DNA of 64,000 nt, taken from Candidatus Hodarchaeota archaeon. GTDB taxonomy: Archaea; Asgardarchaeota; Heimdallarchaeia; Hodarchaeales; Hodarchaeaceae. The stretch spans positions 25,186 through 89,185 of the forward strand of contig JAEOTC010000068.1 in assembly GCA_016840035.1 (NCBI GenBank), given 5' to 3'. The notes below the pieces were generated by a model, which had not been told where the DNA came from, did no database searches, and was given only the letters and a program-made list of their open reading frames with translations. The position numbers were made by a program, and so were the translations under genes. Of this stretch, positions 40,163 through 50,508 are shown one piece after another. How positions within the stretch are numbered: the first letter of the stretch is position 1; every line of letters begins with the position of its first letter.

Positions 40163-42088
40163 ATGTTTGCTATCCAAAAGAAAGACGGTTTAGGGCGTAT
40201 AGGTACTCTCATAACAACCCATGGGAAAATTTCCACTCCTGTTTTATTACCTGTTGTTAATCCAAACAAGCAAGAGATTACTCCGTCTGATATGGTCAAA
40301 TGTGGGGCTGAGGCATTCATTACGAATTCATATTTATTATATCGAAACCTTACAAATAGAGAATTTGCACTAAAACAAGGATTACATAGATTAATTGATT
40401 TTAATGGCCCCATAATGACTGATTCAGGTGCATTTCAGCTCATGGAGTATGGGGAAGTATCAATCACTAATCCATTGATTACGACGTTTCAAGAACAGAT
40501 CCATAGTGATATAGGAGTGTTTTTGGATATACCAACAAAACAGGTAGAGTATGAGAAAGTCAAGTCTACGTTGAAAACAACACTAATCAGAGCTGATGAA
40601 CATATTCAATGTCGAGATCCCTCGAGTAAAATTTTATGGGCGGGACCTATTCAAGGTGGAGAATTCTTAGACTTAGTTGAAGAATCGAGCAAGGAAATGG
40701 CGCAAAAAGCTTTTTCTGTCCATCCGCTTGGCTCTGTCGTCCCTTATTTAGAACGTTATAATTTTGATATCGTAATAAAGATGATATTGACGGCAAAACA
40801 GCATCTCCCTCTAAATCGCCCTATCCATCTTTTCGGTGCTGGACATCCGATGTTTTTTGCCATCTCCGTTTTTCTTGGAATTGATATGTTCGATTCTGCA
40901 GCGTACTTCCTATATGCAAGAAAGGGGCGGTATTTAACTCCATTTGGTACTCATTATTTGAGTGATCTTCAGTACTTTCCTTGTTCCTGTAGTGTATGCT
41001 TATCTTATAAAGTAAAAGAGTTACAGCAACTTGATCATACGACTAAAACCCACTTATTGGCAAAACACAATCTGAATGTCAGCTTCGAGGAAATTCAAAG
41101 AGTTAAACAAGCTATAATTGAGGGAAGATTAACTGAACTGGTTTTATCTCGGACAATGAATCATCCCTCTCTAGCTCGGTTGATACCTATTCTATTTGAT
41201 CATTCTACTTCCACGTTTATTGAACCATTTACCCCAATCTCCTCAAATAGAGCAAAATTGTTTACCCATCCAGTGTCTAAGATACATCCACAAATTATAC
41301 GATATAAACATAGAGTTCTCGAGAGGTTTTTTACCTGGAGTTCTCAACTGGTTTTGGCACGTGACTATCGTAAGATACGATCAACCAGGGATTTTCAAGT
41401 AGTAAAAATTTCCCCGTTATTTGGGGTAATTCCAGATGAATTACAAGGAGTTTTTCCACTTGTTCAGCATGAAAGAATACCTATGGATTTTACTGAACAG
41501 GATATAAGATTTATAGAGAATTTTATTGAGAAATATAAGCTAAAGTTTCAAGAAATACGTCTTCATTCAGATTTGGGAATTCAGAGTGAGATCCTTAAAT
41601 CATTTGAAATTAAGGACAAGGAAAAGAAATCTTCCAAACCTTCAGACCTGATAAAGCTTAAGGCCTTGATAGATTTCCAATTTGGATCTGGAGCTCACAA
41701 TGTTTTTGATGAAATGCCTGTTTCTGTTAATCGTTCACCAAAAACCGGAATTTTAAGAAATTTCATGCATAATGACAAAATAATTGGCACAATTAGACCA
41801 ACAGATTTTTCGATTGTTCCCTCAAAGATGTTTGCTGCAAAACTATTAGAGTTTATCCCCTCCCCAAAGTTACGAGTAATTGCAACTAATGATAGTATTC
41901 CTTTTATCGCTAAGAATAAGGATCTTTTGGCAAAGTTCGTAACATCTGCAGATCCAAACATCAAAAGTGGTGAGGAAGTTTTCATTATGGATGAGAAAAA
42001 TAATTTTATCAATTCTGGTCGAGCCCATTTATCTGCAGCTGAAATGATTCAGTTTGACCATGGAATTGCTGTGAGAGTTCGAAGATAA
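40163..42088 (+). CDS. tgtA: Archaeosine tRNA-guanine(15) transglycosylase with PUA domain
   Basis: TDSGAFQ, GPIQGG, HLFGAGHP, FDSAAY, CSCSVC...H, C-terminal PUA. Confidence 0.95.
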   Translation: MFAIQKKDGLGRIGTLITTHGKISTPVLLPVVNPNKQEITPSDMVKCGAEAFITNSYLLYRNLTNREFALKQGLHRLIDFNGPIMTDSGAFQLMEYGEVSITNPLITTFQEQIHSDIGVFLDIPTKQVEYEKVKSTLKTTLIRADEHIQCRDPSSKILWAGPIQGGEFLDLVEESSKEMAQKAFSVHPLGSVVPYLERYNFDIVIKMILTAKQHLPLNRPIHLFGAGHPMFFAISVFLGIDMFDSAAYFLYARKGRYLTPFGTHYLSDLQYFPCSCSVCLSYKVKELQQLDHTTKTHLLAKHNLNVSFEEIQRVKQAIIEGRLTELVLSRTMNHPSLARLIPILFDHSTSTFIEPFTPISSNRAKLFTHPVSKIHPQIIRYKHRVLERFFTWSSQLVLARDYRKIRSTRDFQVVKISPLFGVIPDELQGVFPLVQHERIPMDFTEQDIRFIENFIEKYKLKFQEIRLHSDLGIQSEILKSFEIKDKEKKSSKPSDLIKLKALIDFQFGSGAHNVFDEMPVSVNRSPKTGILRNFMHNDKIIGTIRPTDFSIVPSKMFAAKLLEFIPSPKLRVIATNDSIPFIAKNKDLLAKFVTSADPNIKSGEEVFIMDEKNNFINSGRAHLSAAEMIQFDHGIAVRVRR

Positions 42089-42208
42089 ATTGGATTAATT
42101 TAGGGTAAAGTGTGAATAATTTTTTGATTACAGTCCTGAAGGAGGAAAATGGCAAAATGTTAGCTTTTATATTACCACTCGGAATGTTGCTTAAAGGAGG
42201 AAAAACCT

Positions 42209-43138
42209 TTGCCCCAAAGAACCAGAAGGAAAAATTTGCTGGAAATTTCAAACCAGCCCGAACTCTGGATATTCAGTAATTCATTATCAGAAAAATGGAT
42301 AACTGAAGATGATCTCAAAAATCCGTTCTTTGAACGACAAGTAACAATGCCTATCTCGCTCCCTTCTGGCACTGCCATATTTAAGATTGAATCTGATGGG
42401 ACTCAGGGTGATGTCATCTCTTTTTCAGTAGCTCATTCTTCCGAAATTCATCTCTTCCAGCTTTTGGATCTCTCTCAAGCATCAGAATTTAAACAAAGAG
42501 TCTTATCATTTGTAAACACTGTTTATAATGAGAATTTCGATTTTTTTAGTTATTTGCAGCCGTATTTTTTACCAAAATTAAGGGAATTTGGAGTAATGGA
42601 CATTCTTGGAGAATCATCAATCCAGGATTTAGCAAATTACGGGGTAAAATCGAGAATTCTGCAACGGATATCAGATCCTATTCAGGGTTATGAAGTCCCC
42701 CAATATTGGCGTGTGAATAGAAGTCTCATAACTTTAGTAAAAACTGATATACATAATGAAAAGAGAATTAACTCCCTTCGATCCACTATCTGTGACCGGT
42801 TAGCAAAGCATGCAGTAATAGAAAGTCTCCGGTGCTCTGTTATTGCATTAAAACATTATGCCGATCTACTTGATGGAATGACCTCTGAATCGAAGATAGA
42901 ATATGCAGATGAATACTTGGAGCTTGCAGAGGGTTTATATCAGTTAGGAGAATATCAAGATTCGGCTGTGTTTTATTCCAAATGCCTTTCTCATTCAAAC
43001 TTTGAAAATAAATCAGAAGACGTTAGGAACAACATTTTAGCTGCTCTAAAATCTTCTATAGAACAATTAGAACCCCAAGAGTTCCTTGAATATGCATTAT
43101 TTGCAGCTCGAGTAGCCCGTGGATATGAGGAGAAATAA
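42209..43138 (+). CDS. Hypothetical protein with TPR-like helical C-terminus
   Basis: GGAGG SD before TTG; YLELAEGLYQLGEYQDSAVFYSKC resembles a TPR. Confidence 0.65.
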   Translation: MPQRTRRKNLLEISNQPELWIFSNSLSEKWITEDDLKNPFFERQVTMPISLPSGTAIFKIESDGTQGDVISFSVAHSSEIHLFQLLDLSQASEFKQRVLSFVNTVYNENFDFFSYLQPYFLPKLREFGVMDILGESSIQDLANYGVKSRILQRISDPIQGYEVPQYWRVNRSLITLVKTDIHNEKRINSLRSTICDRLAKHAVIESLRCSVIALKHYADLLDGMTSESKIEYADEYLELAEGLYQLGEYQDSAVFYSKCLSHSNFENKSEDVRNNILAALKSSIEQLEPQEFLEYALFAARVARGYEEK

Positions 43139-43162
43139 TTTTCAATAATTCATTGAAAGCTA

Positions 43163-43882
43163 TCATTTGAGGATTTGATCGAATAAATTCAACTCAAGAA
43201 TCTTAGAACCGTAGAAGATTTCAGCATACGTGCATCCAACAAGGGAACCGAAATATCGCCCCATGCCTTCGATCCATGCTATTATTGGTGGATTATAAGA
43301 TGGATGGGCTCTAAATTGCGATTCATAAGCGAGTAAGGCCTTTTTCTTAGTTTCAAAATGTTTACTAATATCAACTGTAAATTGTAGTGGTTGAGTTTGA
43401 GAAAATAATTCACGAGCTGTATAATAGTAAAACACGTTTTCTATACGCCATGGCTCTAATCCATCAAATGAATGCTCCCATTTTGATAATCTACTATAAA
43501 AAATAGCTGCGTCGAATATCAGTTGACTCTGATAATGATCAGGAGATGCCCCTGGAGTCATACCCTGCATTCCAATGACAATTTTTGGTTTCATTTTGCG
43601 AAATACTTTAGCAAGTTTCATACGTGCTTCAATATTGTCTAGGAGTGTTCTATTTGGTAGATCAAGAGTAACTCGTTCTATTCCCAAAATCTTTGCCGCT
43701 TTTAAGGATTCATCAATACGAACTTGTGGATCATCGTTAAAAGGAGTTGGTTCACCGTTTGTTAGGTCTATAATTGCTATTTGATAGCCCATTTCCGATA
43801 GTAATGCCAGTGTACCCCCACAACCAATTTCTGCATCATCAGGATGAGGTGAAACTGCAATTAAATCAAAATTATTGCTCAT
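43163..43882 (-). CDS. PIG-L family N-acetylglucosamine deacetylase (BshB1-like)
   Basis: HPDDAEIGCGGT, DLTNGE, PDH, VDIS..FETK...L.AYESQF. Confidence 0.85.
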   Translation of the reverse strand: MSNNFDLIAVSPHPDDAEIGCGGTLALLSEMGYQIAIIDLTNGEPTPFNDDPQVRIDESLKAAKILGIERVTLDLPNRTLLDNIEARMKLAKVFRKMKPKIVIGMQGMTPGASPDHYQSQLIFDAAIFYSRLSKWEHSFDGLEPWRIENVFYYYTARELFSQTQPLQFTVDISKHFETKKKALLAYESQFRAHPSYNPPIIAWIEGMGRYFGSLVGCTYAEIFYGSKILELNLFDQILK

Positions 43883-44138
43883 AAGACCATTCTATCCTTG
43901 GATTCCTACAAGATTGACTAAAGTAAAAAACTACTCTACATCAATTATGGCTTTCACATAAAAATCGTGTAATATGATATACGCTAAAAATAACATCTGA
44001 ATATCATTTAATATAGAAAGATAAGATCCTTCCAGAATTTAGCATTCCTTTTTAAGTAGAAGGATAATAAGAAAATCGACCGACAAGTGAGATAAGTGTT
44101 AGGAATTTGGTACCTTTCCCAGCAATTTATCGTTCTAA

Positions 44139-44891
44139 GTGATTCTTAGTCTTTATTTCAAAGTAAAAATTTTCGAGGAACATTCATTGAGTCAAGAAGA
44201 AGAACTAGTGTTTGAAGAGTCGCAACAAGGGATCAAAATTGTTATCTGGGGACCAACGTTGGCAGGGAAAACCACAGCTTTAAGTTTATTCCATGCAATC
44301 AAGAAAAAAGAAGATCCTGAGAGTGTTTATAACTTTTTAAAACTTGAAGATAAAGCTACAGAAAGAACTATTGGCTTTGACCAAGCTACGTTCGGTTTAG
44401 GAGGAGGTCCAGGTAAGGGATTCAAGTACCATCTTTTTACAACACCTGGGCAAGACAGATTTAAATCTATGAGGAAGATTGTCATTAATGGACTTCATGG
44501 ATTAATTGTTGTTATTGATTCGGAAAAAGCCCGATGGGAAGAGAATAGGGACAGCTTAAAAGAACTTTTTGAAGTCTCTGGAGATAAAATATACTCCGGA
44601 GATATAAAAATTGCCATAATGCTAAATAAAATGGATTTACCTGTTGAATCTCGTATCAGTGCTGCAGATGTTGGTAGATTAATGATCGAGGCAGGTGTCT
44701 CTGATAAATTACGGGATACTTTCGCAAGTACGTTTGAAGTAAGCTGCTTAGATGCCTTGAGCGCTTTACGTGATGCATGGAATAAGGGAGAATGGAATCC
44801 CAAGCAACGCCCTCAGGCGGTACAGAGAATTATTCAACCTATTCAAATGGTAATTCGTGATATCCTAATTTCAGAACTCCAAAAACGTTGA
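44139..44891 (+). CDS. MglA-like small GTPase (start may be TTG 44187)
   Basis: IVIWGPTLAGKTT, RTIGFD, TTPGQ, NKMD. Confidence 0.85.
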   Translation: MILSLYFKVKIFEEHSLSQEEELVFEESQQGIKIVIWGPTLAGKTTALSLFHAIKKKEDPESVYNFLKLEDKATERTIGFDQATFGLGGGPGKGFKYHLFTTPGQDRFKSMRKIVINGLHGLIVVIDSEKARWEENRDSLKELFEVSGDKIYSGDIKIAIMLNKMDLPVESRISAADVGRLMIEAGVSDKLRDTFASTFEVSCLDALSALRDAWNKGEWNPKQRPQAVQRIIQPIQMVIRDILISELQKR

Positions 44892-45093
44892 ATAAATTAT
44901 CTGGAGTGCTACTGGAACTTATTTTTGAATTTCTTGAGAACTTCCTCGACAAAAATAATATTATACCGTTTTTATCATTTAGGAATAATACATTTTTAGG
45001 TTGAATTTGTGAAGTTTGCAATAGATTCAGATTCGATATCAATTTTGACGACTTACACTTAATTAATATCTAAGTATCTCTTGAGGACTAATA

Positions 45094-46980
45094 ATGAAGA
45101 AAAATAGACTACAGGAAATTATTGAGGGTCGCCATAAACTTGAAGAAAAGGAGAGATTACGGTTAGACCTCAAACCTTCTGAAATTCCTAGTTTACTAAA
45201 AGGAGAGGCCGCTTTATCCCCTACTACAAAAGCGGGGTGGCAAACCGAGGGTATTATACGCGCAATTATTTCAAACCTCCATAATGGAAAAAATTGGGAA
45301 GAGCTTTTCATTTATGGGGGTAGTGGAAAAGCGATGAGGAATTGGAAGGCCTTTTACGAAACCATCGACATGCTAAAATCTTTGGAGACAAATGAAACCC
45401 TTTTTATGCAATCTGGAGTACCTTATGGAAAAACCATAACTCACGAATTTGCCCCACGGTGTGTTGTGACAAATTCAGTCATTGTTCCGAACTGGACACA
45501 GTCCTTTCAAGAAATGGTTGACGCAGGACTGACAGTTTATGGTCAAATGACTGCAGGAAGTTGGATTTTTATTGGATTACAAGGGATAATCCAGGGGACA
45601 TATGAAACAATGATTGAAGCAATAAAATCCGCTGAAACAGCAGTTAACTTTAGTAAATTAAATTCATTTGAACAAAAAATCATCGTTACCGCGGGCCTTG
45701 GTCTAATGGGAGGAGCTCAAGCCTTAGCCATTAAAATGACTGGAAAAATCGCGCTTATTGCCGAGATTGACCCCTCAAATCTAGATCGGATGTACAACGA
45801 AGGCCGAGAAAAAGGAATCCCATATCTAGATATCAAGGTTACTTCTATCGAAGAGGGTGTAAAACTTGCACAGAAGTATGCGGAAAAAGATGAACCAACC
45901 TCTATTGGAATATTATGTAATGCCGTGGATTTGCTTGACTATTTACTAAAGTATGAAATTACTCCTCATGTTCTTACTGACCAAACTTCAGCACATGATA
46001 TGTTAAATGGATATGTTCCCTCTGGTATGTCTTTTGCAGAAGCAGTGGCCCTTAGAAAATCTAATCCTCAAAACTATAAAAAATTAGCCTTTAAAACAGT
46101 AAAAAAGCATGTAGAACTAATGGTAGAGCTACAGAAAAGAGGATCGGAAACATTTGATTATGGAAATAATATTCGGACACAAGCGTTTAAGGGGGGCTAT
46201 GGTAATGCTTACGATTTTTCAGGCTTTGTTCCAAATTATATAAGGCCATTGTTTTGTGAAGGAAAAGGACCATTTAGATGGGCCGCTTTATCTAACAATC
46301 CAGAAGACATTTTGACAACTGATAAATATGCTAAAATGCTTTTTCATGACGATTCAATGCTAGTTAAATGGATCAACCTCGCGTCAGAGTATATTCCTTT
46401 TGAGAAAGGCCTACCCGCACGAGTATTTTGGGCAGGTTACAAAGGTAGAGCAGCATTTGGTATGTTGTTAAATAAACTGTATGCCGATAAACTGATAGAT
46501 GCACCCGTAATAATAGGTAGAGATCATTTAGATGGAGGATCTGTAGCAAGTCCTTTTAGAGAAACTGAAGGGATGAAGGATGGATCAGATGCGATAGGTG
46601 ATTATCCAGTACTGAACCTTTTGGGAAATTCTCTTTCTGGTGCAACATGGGTGAGCTATCATGGAGGAGGAGGAGTCGGGGTCGGATATTCCCTTCATGC
46701 TGGACAGGTATGTGTTGCTGATGGTACTCAAATTTCACAGGAACGATTATTTAGAGTACTTACTTGGGATCCTATGTCAGCAATATTGCGTCATGCGGCT
46801 GCAGGGTACGATAAATCTATTCAGATTGCAAGAACAAACGGAATCATCGTTCCTGGAATCACCGAAACAAAATTTGTTGATTATAGACAATTATATGAAG
46901 AATTGATTTCAAAAGTCAAGGAACGTACTGGAATAAGTTTATTTCCCCCCTCAGACAACATCAATTTTCAGATCCTTTAG
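45094..46980 (+). CDS. hutU: Urocanate hydratase
   Basis: YGQMTAGSW, DQTSAHD, FDYGN, GPFRW, GRDHLD, HGGGGVG. Confidence 0.96.
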   Translation: MKKNRLQEIIEGRHKLEEKERLRLDLKPSEIPSLLKGEAALSPTTKAGWQTEGIIRAIISNLHNGKNWEELFIYGGSGKAMRNWKAFYETIDMLKSLETNETLFMQSGVPYGKTITHEFAPRCVVTNSVIVPNWTQSFQEMVDAGLTVYGQMTAGSWIFIGLQGIIQGTYETMIEAIKSAETAVNFSKLNSFEQKIIVTAGLGLMGGAQALAIKMTGKIALIAEIDPSNLDRMYNEGREKGIPYLDIKVTSIEEGVKLAQKYAEKDEPTSIGILCNAVDLLDYLLKYEITPHVLTDQTSAHDMLNGYVPSGMSFAEAVALRKSNPQNYKKLAFKTVKKHVELMVELQKRGSETFDYGNNIRTQAFKGGYGNAYDFSGFVPNYIRPLFCEGKGPFRWAALSNNPEDILTTDKYAKMLFHDDSMLVKWINLASEYIPFEKGLPARVFWAGYKGRAAFGMLLNKLYADKLIDAPVIIGRDHLDGGSVASPFRETEGMKDGSDAIGDYPVLNLLGNSLSGATWVSYHGGGGVGVGYSLHAGQVCVADGTQISQERLFRVLTWDPMSAILRHAAAGYDKSIQIARTNGIIVPGITETKFVDYRQLYEELISKVKERTGISLFPPSDNINFQIL

Positions 46981-47046
46981 AATTGCATCCAACTAAAGAA
47001 TTAATTACTACAAATTACTTGAAATATTTAATCAGAAGGGTTCACA

Positions 47047-47511
47047 ATGGACAATCTAACACAAGAATCACCGTCAATCTCTCAGTGGATATCAAAGCAC
47101 AAAGGAATTACTTTCTCATTAGGATTTGGTATAATATTCACAGGTATAGAAGTACTCTCAATTTTTGGATTCGACATAACCACTAGTGGCCCAATGTTGG
47201 TTATGATGCAAACTATTCTGTTAATAATCATCTTCTTTGGGATGATGATTTTTATCTATAATTTTGGATACTTAGTAATCATGTTGACCGTTGATGAGGG
47301 TTTAAATGATGAGGAAGTAATTTTACTTAAGTGGATATTACGTAGAGCTGCATTGATATCGGTAGGATGGTTTGTTGGTGTTATTGTATTGATGTTAACC
47401 TTGAGTGATCAACCGTATTTATTAGCTGGAATGAATTGTCTTCTATTAGCCTTATTATTCATTATTCTTAGGAAAGGTGAGAATCCTTTAGTTGAAGGAG
47501 TCTCAATTTAA
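47047..47511 (+). CDS. Four-TM membrane protein
   Basis: Four hydrophobic segments; 32 nt upstream of the ChlD-like gene. Confidence 0.7.
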   Translation: MDNLTQESPSISQWISKHKGITFSLGFGIIFTGIEVLSIFGFDITTSGPMLVMMQTILLIIIFFGMMIFIYNFGYLVIMLTVDEGLNDEEVILLKWILRRAALISVGWFVGVIVLMLTLSDQPYLLAGMNCLLLALLFIILRKGENPLVEGVSI

Positions 47512-47543
47512 CTTTCCCTCCTCTATTGTTGGAAATGTAATGT

Positions 47544-50501
47544 ATGGTTGATCCTAAAGGAAAATCACAGGAAATTTTTGAAGTACAACTATCATTTTCA
47601 GATTTTATAGGAAATCATTCATTGAAACTTCTCCTCATTCTTCTAGCAATCGACCCATCCTTGAGTGGAATGATTATTAAGGGGAATACAGGGACTGGTA
47701 AATCATTAATTCTTAAATTATTCAGGCAACTCAAAATACCCGCTGTTTTTCATAGGGATTGTGATTTTAACTGCTCTCCTAATAGTGAAACTTTGTGTGA
47801 AGAATGTAGTAGCGAAATTTTATTATCCCATACTAATAATATCAAGAGTTCTCATGTTCCCATTATTAAGATGCCTGTTTATACCTCACTCGATAATTTA
47901 ATTGGGAATCTCGATTTGCAATTCGATTTCCGTCCTGGTATGCTTGGGAAGGCTAATAATGGATATTTAATTGTTGACGATTTTCATTTACTTACAGAAG
48001 AAACAAAAGCTGTTCTTTTGAATATATGGCAAAGAAAAGTAAACTCTGTTCAGAGGAATACTGTCTCCTTAGAACACCCCAGTAATTTTTGTTTGATATC
48101 TACATACAATCCAGTATTCTATGATAAAGAACCCAGCTGGATGGATAGGTTTGCTTTTTCTTTCCCCCTACATTATGACCAGACTGTTGAGACTCATCTT
48201 GATATCATGAATCAAAACCTATACAAAGAAGATGCACAAGAGATTGCACACATAGAGGAAATATATGACGAAAATTCTTCCCTTATAAAGGAAATCATCC
48301 GTTCTCGTAAGCTATTGGGTAAAGTATCGATTTCTTCTGATCTTGTTTTGTTTATCGCGAAAATTTGCAGTTTCAAAGGTCTAGATGGCGTAAGAGCCGA
48401 TATTTCGTTTGTAAAAGGAGCAAAAGCTCTAGCTAGCTTTCACAATCGGACCTATGTGACTAAGGAAGACATTTTATTTCTTATCGCGCCTGTTTTATCC
48501 CATCGTTTGTCAACTAGGGGCCTTAATGAATTGATGGAATCATTAGATGGCATGCAGGCTAGTGAAAGAGTTGAATCTAGGAAGAAAGGTTTGAAGCAGG
48601 AATTGACAAGTGATTTTCCTCAAAAAAAGGGTAAAACATTCTCTTTTTTCTCAATAGTAGAAAAAATAATTCCATTTATTAGTATACTTTTCATTTCTTT
48701 TGTTATTAGTGCTTTACTCGTTAGATTTTTTTTTACACCTAGAGTGTTCATGTTTATTTTTGGTATTTTATCTTTATGGGGTTTTGGCTCCTTTTTGCTT
48801 TACATTTTGGTACGGAGACGCAAAAAATTGTTACTCCAATACAGAAAGAAAGAAGATCAGCAAGATCAACCCCCTGATGTAAGTTCCTTTTCAAAAGTAA
48901 AATCTCTACGTTTAACAGAAACGACAAAAGAAGAAACTCGAGAGTTCAAGAAGAAACCTGAGCTTGATATTGAGGAAGATAAATCTACTCGTGGAAAAAT
49001 TTTTCGATTTATAGGACTTCAAAAACGAAGAGGGATGATTACTTTATCACAGAACCAAAGATATTGGATTTATATTTATGGAATCTTCATGATTTTCATT
49101 AGTATCATTCTTTACACAATTTTGATAATATACCTACCTGCAGAAATATGGGTTGCTATTTTATTCCTACTTCTCTGCCTTTTAACAATAGGATTCCTCC
49201 AACAATACAATCAGGAAAAATGGAGAATCAGACGAGTGGCAGATGTTGGGGCATCAGCTGAAGAAACTAGTACCATGATAGATGGAGAGGGAATTGGCTC
49301 TCATATATCTCCAACAAAGAATCAAAATCGAGATTACAATTTAATGGAAGAATATGGGAGAAATATATGGCGAAAATTATCTAATTTAAACATGGTTCAT
49401 CCTGAAACGGAAAAAAATGTGAAAAATCGACTGTTATTAGATACCAAGTCAGAAGGTACACACAAATCAATATCGAGAATAACTGGTGAAAGATTACCAC
49501 AGGAAAGAGGACTAATCGATACGAAATTTCGATATCAGGCTGGTAAACGAGCTTTAAGTCTAAGTTCATCTCAAACAGGACGAATTGTCGGAAGTAAACC
49601 TTTCAAGGAATCTCCTAAGAATATTCATATAATGGCAACTATAATGAATGCCTTAAGACATCAGAAACGCAGAAAATTAAGGGATTCAACAAAAAAGATT
49701 GAGATTAAGCTAGCAGATGTTCATGAAAAAGTGTACTGTGCACGAGTGTCAGCTACAATAATTTTCGTGCTTGATCTATCTGAATCTATTATGAATGTAA
49801 TCAATACTGTTTCAGCTTCAGTAAATTGGCTAAGTAGACAAGCGTATTTATATCGTGATAGGGTAGGCCTTGTAGTTTTACAAAAAACACAGGCAAAGGT
49901 GATACAGGCTCCAACTTCAAACCTAAATTTAGTGAAGCGAAAATTACAAGAATTAGAAGTATCCGGATCCACTCCTTTACCCTCAGGTATACAAAAATCG
50001 TTAGATTTAATCCGGATTGATCGTATCAGAAGCAATGATGAAACTATTCCGATGATAGTACTAATAACTGATGGTGCTTCAAATATCCCACTTTTAACAG
50101 ATCCTATAACAGGAATTAAACGAGATAAACCAATTTCATCCCTTGGTATCGATTTGGCTATCAAAATGTCCATAAATGATTGTCTTATACTTGGACAACA
50201 GATAAAAAAAGACAAGATATCATTGGTAATTTTCAGCACGAATACTCAAGGAATGTATTTATTACAAAAATATCCTGGGAGGGGACAACAAACCCCTTCA
50301 CAATTTTTGGATACACTTATGAAAACATCAGACTTTTTCCAAGGAAAACAATTTATTCACCTTTGGTCTTACACATTACTAAAAACGATGCAAAATATCA
50401 CAGGAGGGCATTTATTTTTTCTAACAAAAGAATTTATAGATAATAATTTTGAAACGTTAAGAATAGCACGATCTAAAATTATAGCTAGTATAAACGGGTG
50501 A
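47544..50501 (+). CDS. ChlD-like AAA+/vWA protein with four internal TM helices
   Basis: GNTGTGKS, degenerate Walker B IVDDF, PGMLGKAN, DGVRAD; TM helices at about aa 375-552; MIDAS DLSES...TP...ITDG. Confidence 0.85.
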   Translation: MVDPKGKSQEIFEVQLSFSDFIGNHSLKLLLILLAIDPSLSGMIIKGNTGTGKSLILKLFRQLKIPAVFHRDCDFNCSPNSETLCEECSSEILLSHTNNIKSSHVPIIKMPVYTSLDNLIGNLDLQFDFRPGMLGKANNGYLIVDDFHLLTEETKAVLLNIWQRKVNSVQRNTVSLEHPSNFCLISTYNPVFYDKEPSWMDRFAFSFPLHYDQTVETHLDIMNQNLYKEDAQEIAHIEEIYDENSSLIKEIIRSRKLLGKVSISSDLVLFIAKICSFKGLDGVRADISFVKGAKALASFHNRTYVTKEDILFLIAPVLSHRLSTRGLNELMESLDGMQASERVESRKKGLKQELTSDFPQKKGKTFSFFSIVEKIIPFISILFISFVISALLVRFFFTPRVFMFIFGILSLWGFGSFLLYILVRRRKKLLLQYRKKEDQQDQPPDVSSFSKVKSLRLTETTKEETREFKKKPELDIEEDKSTRGKIFRFIGLQKRRGMITLSQNQRYWIYIYGIFMIFISIILYTILIIYLPAEIWVAILFLLLCLLTIGFLQQYNQEKWRIRRVADVGASAEETSTMIDGEGIGSHISPTKNQNRDYNLMEEYGRNIWRKLSNLNMVHPETEKNVKNRLLLDTKSEGTHKSISRITGERLPQERGLIDTKFRYQAGKRALSLSSSQTGRIVGSKPFKESPKNIHIMATIMNALRHQKRRKLRDSTKKIEIKLADVHEKVYCARVSATIIFVLDLSESIMNVINTVSASVNWLSRQAYLYRDRVGLVVLQKTQAKVIQAPTSNLNLVKRKLQELEVSGSTPLPSGIQKSLDLIRIDRIRSNDETIPMIVLITDGASNIPLLTDPITGIKRDKPISSLGIDLAIKMSINDCLILGQQIKKDKISLVIFSTNTQGMYLLQKYPGRGQQTPSQFLDTLMKTSDFFQGKQFIHLWSYTLLKTMQNITGGHLFFLTKEFIDNNFETLRIARSKIIASING

Positions 50502-50508
50502 ACTTTGA

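Noticed and set aside
42149-42208. GGAGG-ATG-GCA-AAA-TGT-TAG in frame with the 42209 ORF (possible amber readthrough); AAGGAGGAAAA occurs twice
   Set aside because: SD spacing at the ATG is short, the downstream TTG has its own well-spaced SD, and no pyl genes are visible
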